A stretch of DNA of 64,000 nucleotides from Salpingoeca rosetta (taxonomy: Eukaryota; Protista; Choanoflagellata): NCBI GenBank assembly GCA_033442325.1, contig JAWQFM010000025.1, positions 809,541 through 873,540 of the forward strand. The letters run 5' to 3'. The position numbers and the translations under genes are program-made. Position 1 is the first letter of the stretch. Every line of letters begins with the position of its first letter. Positions 56,635 through 64,000 of this stretch are shown piece after piece. A model generated the notes under the pieces. That model made no database searches and was not told the DNA's origin. It saw only the letters and a program-made list of their open reading frames with translations.

Positions 56635-59600
56635 GACACGCACACTCTCTCACCACACTCTCTCACGTACACGCACATACACCTACACACCATCCCCTCC
56701 CATCCCTCCTCCCATACCCCTTCCAGGCGAGCGCTTCACAAAATGGTGACCACGAACGACAAGCTCAGGGGCTGCTGGCCTCTGCCGTCGGAAGTCTTGC
56801 GCGTGGACCGTCTCGTGAACCACAAGCTTGATGTGCGAGCCAGCGTCGACTTCTTTGTCTTGGACCGCCTGATCCCCGATGACATGGTGCTGAAAGCGTT
56901 TTGCTTCATCACGCAGGTCATCCACGAGACGATGCAGGCAACAACACCCGAAAGGTTTTCCACCTTCCTCCTCAATCTGAAAGGGCAGGAGTGCGACAGC
57001 AAGCTCGTGCAGCAGAAACTGCAGCACATGCTCGACTGGTGCCAAGCTTTCAGAAGCAGCAACCCCGACAACATCACTACCGACGACACCACTCACGACA
57101 ACAACGCCCACACCAGGCACACCGTGGATGAGCTTGCCGAGATCAAGCTCAGGTTCTTGAACAACGCGGTCATGCGCCCTGTATGGCTTGAGTTTGAGAA
57201 GGCCCTACAGCGGCTGCTCCCCGACACCCACCGCGTGTGCGAGTTTGACCGAATCGTCGGTATGGCAACATCGTATGAGGACTCCCTGTCCAGAATAAAT
57301 GCCATCTTGCATGGCACGAGCACCAGTGCCAACGGTGGCAGTGACAGCGGAGGCAGCACCAGCGCCGCGACCGCCGACCCCAAGCAGCTCCTGCAGAGTT
57401 TGCGCCGCTTGCTGCTTGCCCGCAGCAGTGCAGCCCGCCCCGCCTCAATGCAGGCTGCCGTCGCCGATGTGTCTGAAGCCACAAATGCGTCTCCAGACAG
57501 CAGCAGCGATGGTGGCACCGACCCTTACACACGGGCGCTCGAACAACGCCTCAACACGTTTCTGAAGCGCTGGGGCCAGTGCGTGGCTGACGCGAACAGC
57601 ACCGATCCCAGCGGCACCAGCAACTTAGGCAGCGCACCCTTCGCCATCGCCAACGACCGCGAACTTGCTGAGACCATCGTGCGCGATGTGTGGGCCGTCG
57701 CCTCGCTGCTGGACTTGGCAGAAGTGTCGAAGCAGTCGACATGGCAAGACGCGCACACGCAGCTCTCCGAGCAGGCCTGGCATCAGCTCAGGGCACGCTT
57801 GGCCAAGGTGAGGGCTGTCAGCAACAATCCGAGCACCAACGAAAGACGGGCGCGGCGCAAGGCAGGCACTGCTCTCAACAAGTCTCTTCACAACCACAAG
57901 CTCGCCATCGCACGTGCCAAGGATCTGATCAACGAGCTCTTGGAAGCCTCCACCCCAAACAATCACGTCGTGCAGGACGAGTGTGCTCTGTGGAGCAGCT
58001 TCAACCTTCGTCTCGATGACCCCCTTCGTTTGGCTGATCACGTCAGAAGCGTTGGCGGCGATGCCAGCGACGACAAGCGAACCGTGCGTGCGCAGACGTG
58101 TGTGCTGGCGGACGGCGTGGAGGTGCGGCACAACCTTGAGATCTGCACGCCATCCATGCAGAACAACGGCACGCACGTGCTGCTGCTGTGCCTCGACACG
58201 GCTGCCCGTCTGCAAGTCGTGGCCCCTCAGCAGCAGAGCGGCATGAGCAAGCCATACACGCTCAAGCAGGAGACGAACGAGTCCGATCTCACCGCCACCG
58301 TCACCGCCGCTGACGTGCTGCATGACCAGCGCCTTGCACACATCCGCCTGTACAACGACCACAGCTTCCGCGTCGCCACCCAGCAGCTGGATGACACCAG
58401 GAGCCAGAGCATGGGCATGGTTGTCAAGGGCCCGCCCTTCACGTGGTACCGGGACGACCGCAAGTACCTGGTACTCGGTACAGTCGTCGTCTCCTCCGCC
58501 AGCAGCGCCAACATGGCCAAGACGCTCGACGACGCCATCAAGTCCATCAGCATGCTCAACCAGCAACCGGGCGCCCTGCAGCTGCGCCCCACAGATGCGC
58601 TGTTTGCCGCCGCCGTGCTCCTGCGCAGCGCGGAGCTTCAGGACGCAGCGTGGTCGCGCAAGTGCCCGCTCTCCCTCGACTTTTGCCCGCCACAGCTGCG
58701 CATTCTCCGCCACCGCGAGCAGCACGCGCAATCCAGGCTGCTGGACAGCGAGTACTGGCAGGAGCGCTTCTACTTTGACAGCAGTCGCCGTGAGCTGGCC
58801 AGTGACACGCGCGATGGCTTTGATGACGGTGGTAACGACGGTGACGCCGCGACGCAGCCATCCGTGGGGCGTGTGCTCGGCAACACGCTCTCAGACAAGC
58901 GCGTCGCCGAGGGCAAGTCCATTGGCCTGCTTGCGTCCTCAGACTTCCAGAGGGTCACGGGCTACGTGCAGGAGGGGCAGCTGCAGTTTGGCATGTGGCG
59001 CCCGTGCATGTTCGCCTTTCGCGTGTCGCGCTCCAACCTGACCACCATTCGCATTCGCCTCTTTGAGCTGCAGGCCACGCAGACCCTCACCCTCGTGTAC
59101 CTCACCTTCACGGAGCGCATCCCCGTGGCAGACGTGTCGCGCCTCCTGCTGCCGTTCACCTCCCCGCTGAGCATGGTTCGCATCTTGCTCGACCAGACAG
59201 ACGACGCCATCGTGCGTGACCTGTCTGCGAGCCCCGTCGCCGAGTTCCTCTTCACCCCGTCCGCCACAGACGCGCTGGTCATTGACCGCCCGACGCTGCG
59301 CCGCTTCATCAACGACAGGCACCCCATCCCAAGCGCTGTGAACGAGCTCGGCATGATCGACAGCACCAGCACTATGCGCACGTTCGCTGCAAGCAGTGGC
59401 ACTGCCACGAACACAACAACCGCCAGCATGGCCATGCGACCCCAGCTGCGGGAGAATGTCGGATCACCGCTTGTGCACTGGGTCAAGCAGGACGTGGACG
59501 CTGTGATCAACGCAAACATCAACGCCGTGCGGCTGCTTGAGGAGGGGCTGTCCAGGCTGACACACACAAGCACGGGGTCGCACCACCACTATCACCCAGA

Positions 59601-62600
59601 CAGCACGCCCTCCACCGCGTCTGCAAGCGCGCCCGGCTCCGCTCGCCTCAGTCTCGCGGGCAGCGTGGGCAGCAGCAGCGGCACCACGACGCCTCACATC
59701 TTTGGCGGTGGTGGCAGCGTCCCCCAGTTGCACATCATTGCACACCCGGACATTGGCGTGCTGCACCACTTGCGCAAGCAGCTGCTTGGCGCCGCCGCAA
59801 AACCGTTTGACAGCGCCTCGCCAACCTTCTACCGCGACCTCGACGCAGCGCTCACGGACACCGGCGGGTCGTCTTTGTCGTCGTCATCATCATCATCAGC
59901 AGCAGGAGGCAACCGGCGCAGCTGCATTGTCATCTCCTCTGCCAGCCTGCTCTCGCTCGAGGAGAAGCGTGCCCTGCGCACGCGCATCGAGAAGGTGGAC
60001 TGCCCTGTCGTGTTTCTCTCCACGTCGCTGGATCCATCGGATGCGGAGACGTTTGATGCCGTCGCCACCAACCGCATCAGCAACACTTCCGCCTCCTTCG
60101 CTGATGCTGGCGCCATGATCCACGACCTGACGCGCCACACGCCAGCAGCGCTGCTCCTGCAGAAGGGGCTGGTGAAGCTTGCCAGCCAGGCCACCCGAAT
60201 TGCCAGCGACAACGGGGATGGCGAGGCACAGAACGGCAGTCAGGGCGCTCGCGGCGGAGCTGCTCATGAGGACGGTGATGAGTTTGGCACGCGTGCGTCT
60301 GTGCGCGCAGATGCGATTGCCCGGTCGCTGTCGCTCTGTGCTCTGCTGCAGCTGTTGCTTGGAAGCTCCTTCACAACCTCGCTTGTTCTGCAGCACACAG
60401 AGAGCGCCCTCCCCACCGCCCAGGCGTTGCTGGACGGGCTCGACAGCCTCCCATCTCCGCCATGTGAGGACAGAGCAAACTGGACCCAGTTTGTGGCTGC
60501 CGTCCGACGCGTCGACGAGTACAACAGCAGCGCCCATGCTGGTGGCGACAATGCGCTTGGAGGTGCTGGTGGCATTCTGTGGCTCGCCCACCTCTACTCG
60601 CTCTTGTACAAGCGTGTTGCGTCTGCTTTTCGCACCCTGAGCCATGCTGGCGACACCTCAGTGCTTGCCTACACCAACAACAACAGCAGCAACAGCAGTG
60701 ATGGTGGACTGAACGACTCCAGCATGAGCGGCACTCACCAAGACGTCGCACGCAAGCAGCGCCTCAACCGCGCCCTCGCAGAAGTGTTTTCGCTGCCCTC
60801 TTACCAGCAGCTGCTGTGTAACTCCACCGCGCTGCAGTTTCTGCCCGAGGGCAAGCGCGTGTGCTTCTGGCTCAATGCCATCTCGCGTCGCCTCTCCAGC
60901 GAACAGAACGACCCATTCGACGATGGGAATGACAGTGACGATGGCGAGGGTGACGGCGCCAGTCTGCTCAGCGACGAGGGTGACCGCGATCCGTTGGATG
61001 TGAAGCCACACATCATCGAGCGGACCATCATCCCCATGACCTACCGCAACGTCGTGCTGCCATGCCACCGCAGCAGCCAGCGCTCCACTGCCACCCCGAA
61101 CACACACGAGAGGCAGCAGCAGCAGCATGAGGGCAAGGCTGACACCAGCAAGCTCACGTACTTTGCACGCACGCTGCCGTCGAAAAACGCCGAGGAGATG
61201 ATTCTTCGCGCCGCCCAGCGCCTGGAGGAGGTGGACTGGGTTGCCCTGACGCAGAAATGGGGCGAGCTGGCCATGTCCGTGACCGGATTTGTGCGTTTGC
61301 TGCGGTGCTGCGCATATCCACTTCACGTCGTCTTGACGATGAGCCCGCAGATCCTTGACTCGCTGCTGCAATCCATCACATCGGAGCAGCAGAAGGCGGA
61401 ACTCAGGGCCATCTTTGGTCTCCATTCTGACACAAGGCGTCGCGCATCCGCAGGAACACCACCACCACCAGCAGCAGCAGCAACAACAACAACAACGTCC
61501 ACGCAGGACGTGATCAACGCGCTCTGCCGCACAGAGAATGATGCGTTTACGCCACTGGCCGTGCTGTTGTTCCACCTCGTGGGCCTGAACAGCGATGCCT
61601 TGAACGACGGCTCCCACATCCGGCTCATGCTGCGAGCCGGCCTGCACTTTCGCGTGGTCAAGGACAACGCAACGCAACTGCTGCAGACACTGTGTGGCGT
61701 GGACGACCCTCGCTCCTTGTTTGTAGTGCAGCAGGGCCTGTCCCAAGCCCTCAGTTCCCTTATCCCCGTCAGCGCCCTCGACGAAACCCTGAGGCGTGCA
61801 CGCACCATTGGCGCTGCCATTGTCGCTGGCACACTCACCCTGTTTGACCGTGAGCAAGCGAAGCAGCCGCCCCCTGCAGCTTCCACGTCCTCTCGCGCGG
61901 CTGTGTCTGGGGCAGCGGCAGCAGCGGGCACGCACACGCAACCGCGCATTCTCAACACGGCGCTTGGGCGGCTCGTCTGCGCCGCCGTGCAAGGCAATGA
62001 AGATGATGTGCGGCGGCTGATGCGCGCGCAACACAGCGCCCCGCTGCCTCCCTTCTCGCCAGCGTGCTGGGCAGACCTGCTCAGCCGCATGGGCCCGCGA
62101 AACGAGGACGCACTCGTGCTGCTGCTGCGTGAGTGTGCGGCTGCCTCGCTCCACAGCGGCACCGCAGACGTCCGGGATGGCGTGGATGCTACCGCTCGTG
62201 ACAGTGAGCAACAGAGGCTGCAGGTCGTGGCTGCCGTACGAACACTGCGCTCGTGCTTCTGCAGCAGCGGCCACCAATCGCCGCTGTCGCTGGACAATGT
62301 TGCCACAGCGCTGCTCAAGCTGGTTGCTGGCCGCCCGAGTTTGGCCCACCGTGCGTTGTCTGCGCAGCAGCAGCCGCAGCCGCCAGGTCACAGCTGGAGC
62401 ACGCGGCGCAGTCGCATGTTTGACGTGCTGTGCAGGGGCGTGGCTGACGTGGGTAGTGGCGACACCGGCAGTAGTAACGGCGCCAACGACGACGACGACG
62501 ACGGCAATGGCGCCACTGATGGTGGCACCACATCAGCCAACTGCTGGGAGGATTGGGACTTTGAAGAGGATGATGCACCACCGTTGCACTTTGATGAGCT

Positions 62601-64000
62601 GCAAAACCTCCGCCTCAAGCTCCTTCAGTTCTTGGAGACGCAGTGGCAAAATGAAACGGAAAAGGACGCCACGCACCTGGCGCAATTTGCGCGTCGATTT
62701 CTCGCCAAGTTTGACGCCGTGTCCCTGGACCGCTTGCTTGCAGATGCGGAAACGAGTGTCGTGTACACCATGGCTCCACGTGATGGGCGTAACATCGCAT
62801 CAGGCGACTCTCGCCACAACACTCACTCAGAGCGTGCCCGTGCAGCCATGCACGTGTACATGGTGGTCTGGGCACTTCGCCCCAGCCGTCGGTTTGTCGT
62901 GGACTTGCAAGATCTGGGAGCTGTCAACTGGCGTCTTCTGCGCAACGTGTGTCGGGCACTTGGATTTTCAGAGCGCCTGAAGGGTGTGCTCATCCCGCCG
63001 CTGCTTGGCACCTACCTTGCCACACCAGAAGAGCTCTCCCTGGCCGCGTTCCTCTCCTACGAGCAAGTGGTTGCGCCCTATGAGGAGCGGAACGTGGAGC
63101 AGGAGACGCGCCTTGTTGGCCAACGTGGTGAACGCCCGCTCACCGTCACCGTGTACCAGCAGCGCGTAGACGGCCGTCCCATGTTTGAGAGGGTGGCGAA
63201 GGCGTTTGGACCTGACCTGATTGCGCAGGCCAAATCGGTCGGTGCCGTTGTGTTCTCGGTGGATTCTGGCTGCACCGAAGACATCATGATGATGAACCTT
63301 GGTGCCGTAGCCCAGCTGCTGAGCAAGAGCAGACGCGTGACAATGCAGAACGCATCGGCAGAGACATCCGAGCAGCGGGTTGCTGCAAACCGCCAGTACA
63401 TCATTGACCTCATTCTGGCCTGGTTTGTGATGTTGCGCGTGCCTGCGCGCGAAGCGAAACGCTGTGTTAAGCGCCACCTTGGCAACGACGACTTCGATGA
63501 CAGGTGCACCGACAAAGACTACATGGCACAGCCCGCTCTCATTGCCCCGCCAGGTGTCATTGATGTTCACATGCGCGCGAGCGGCACCTTCCTCGAGCCC
63601 TTTGGTCGGCAGGCGGAGGACCGCGAGTTTACGCTGCGGTACCTGCGTCTGTTCTGTACAGACGAGAACATTGTCTCTCGCGGGGGGCGTGAAGGTGCAG
63701 ATCTGAGTGACGTGGCGAACGCTGCCGCGCTTGCGTTTGGGCGCGCATTTGGTGAGGGTGACCCAACGAGCGAGGACGCAAATGGGCGCGTGCGCATGTT
63801 TATGATGGCTGTACAGGCGTTCTTCATGTTTGGCAAGGACGCACGTGTCCACGCCGAGAAAATGCTCAACAAGTGTATTGATGGCGTTGCATCTTGCCCC
63901 AACCCTCCGGCACCGGCCCCCAACGCACCGGCCCCCGGCCCCAACCCACCGGCACCGGCCCCAACCTGTGCTTGGTTCTTCAGGTGGGCTGTGCGCGCCG
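55724..64000 (+). CDS. Very large hypothetical protein (>2,500 aa), 3'-truncated by the window; exon 1 55724-55983, exon 2 from 56727 open to the window end
   Basis: MDRVSEREARLMRDALLGNP...AVS joins in phase 2 (TT|G) to (L)RALHKMVTTNDKLRGCWPLP.... Manual translation finds no stop from 56728 to 64000 in a GC-rich, CA/TG-repeat-free frame. It is probably missing from the ORF track because it has no stop inside the window. Confidence 0.85.
56167..56537. other. Assembly gap (371 N) inside a CA-repeat intron
   Basis: Run of N flanked by (CA)n. Confidence 0.99.

Overview
Intron-rich eukaryotic DNA with GT-AG introns full of (CA/TG)n, (ACTC)n and (GTT)n microsatellites and GC-rich exons. The style and gene content suggest a choanoflagellate such as Salpingoeca rosetta (inference). 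Most ORFs in the supplied track are microsatellite or antisense artefacts. Splicing by hand gives eight protein genes: an endosulfine/ARPP19 homolog (+), eIF3a (-), WDR1/AIP1 (+), an intronless tail-anchored degenerate P-loop GTPase-like protein (+), a SAM...SH2 adaptor with SLP-76-like architecture (+), a FAM184 coiled-coil protein (+), a ~5,100 aa single-pass receptor (+), and the start of a >2,500 aa orphan that runs off the window end (+). The receptor has an EGF domain, about 14 DUF11-like adhesin modules, a furin site and a kinase-less tail with 29 tyrosines. The eIF3a introns contain four box C/D snoRNAs: three tandem U18/snR18-like copies in one intron and one U34/snR62-like copy. The best candidate for an undescribed system is a phosphotyrosine signalling module: the giant adhesin-like receptor with a multi-Tyr docking tail, about 11 kb from the SAM-YxN-SH2 adaptor. 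All family assignments come from motif recognition, not from database searches.
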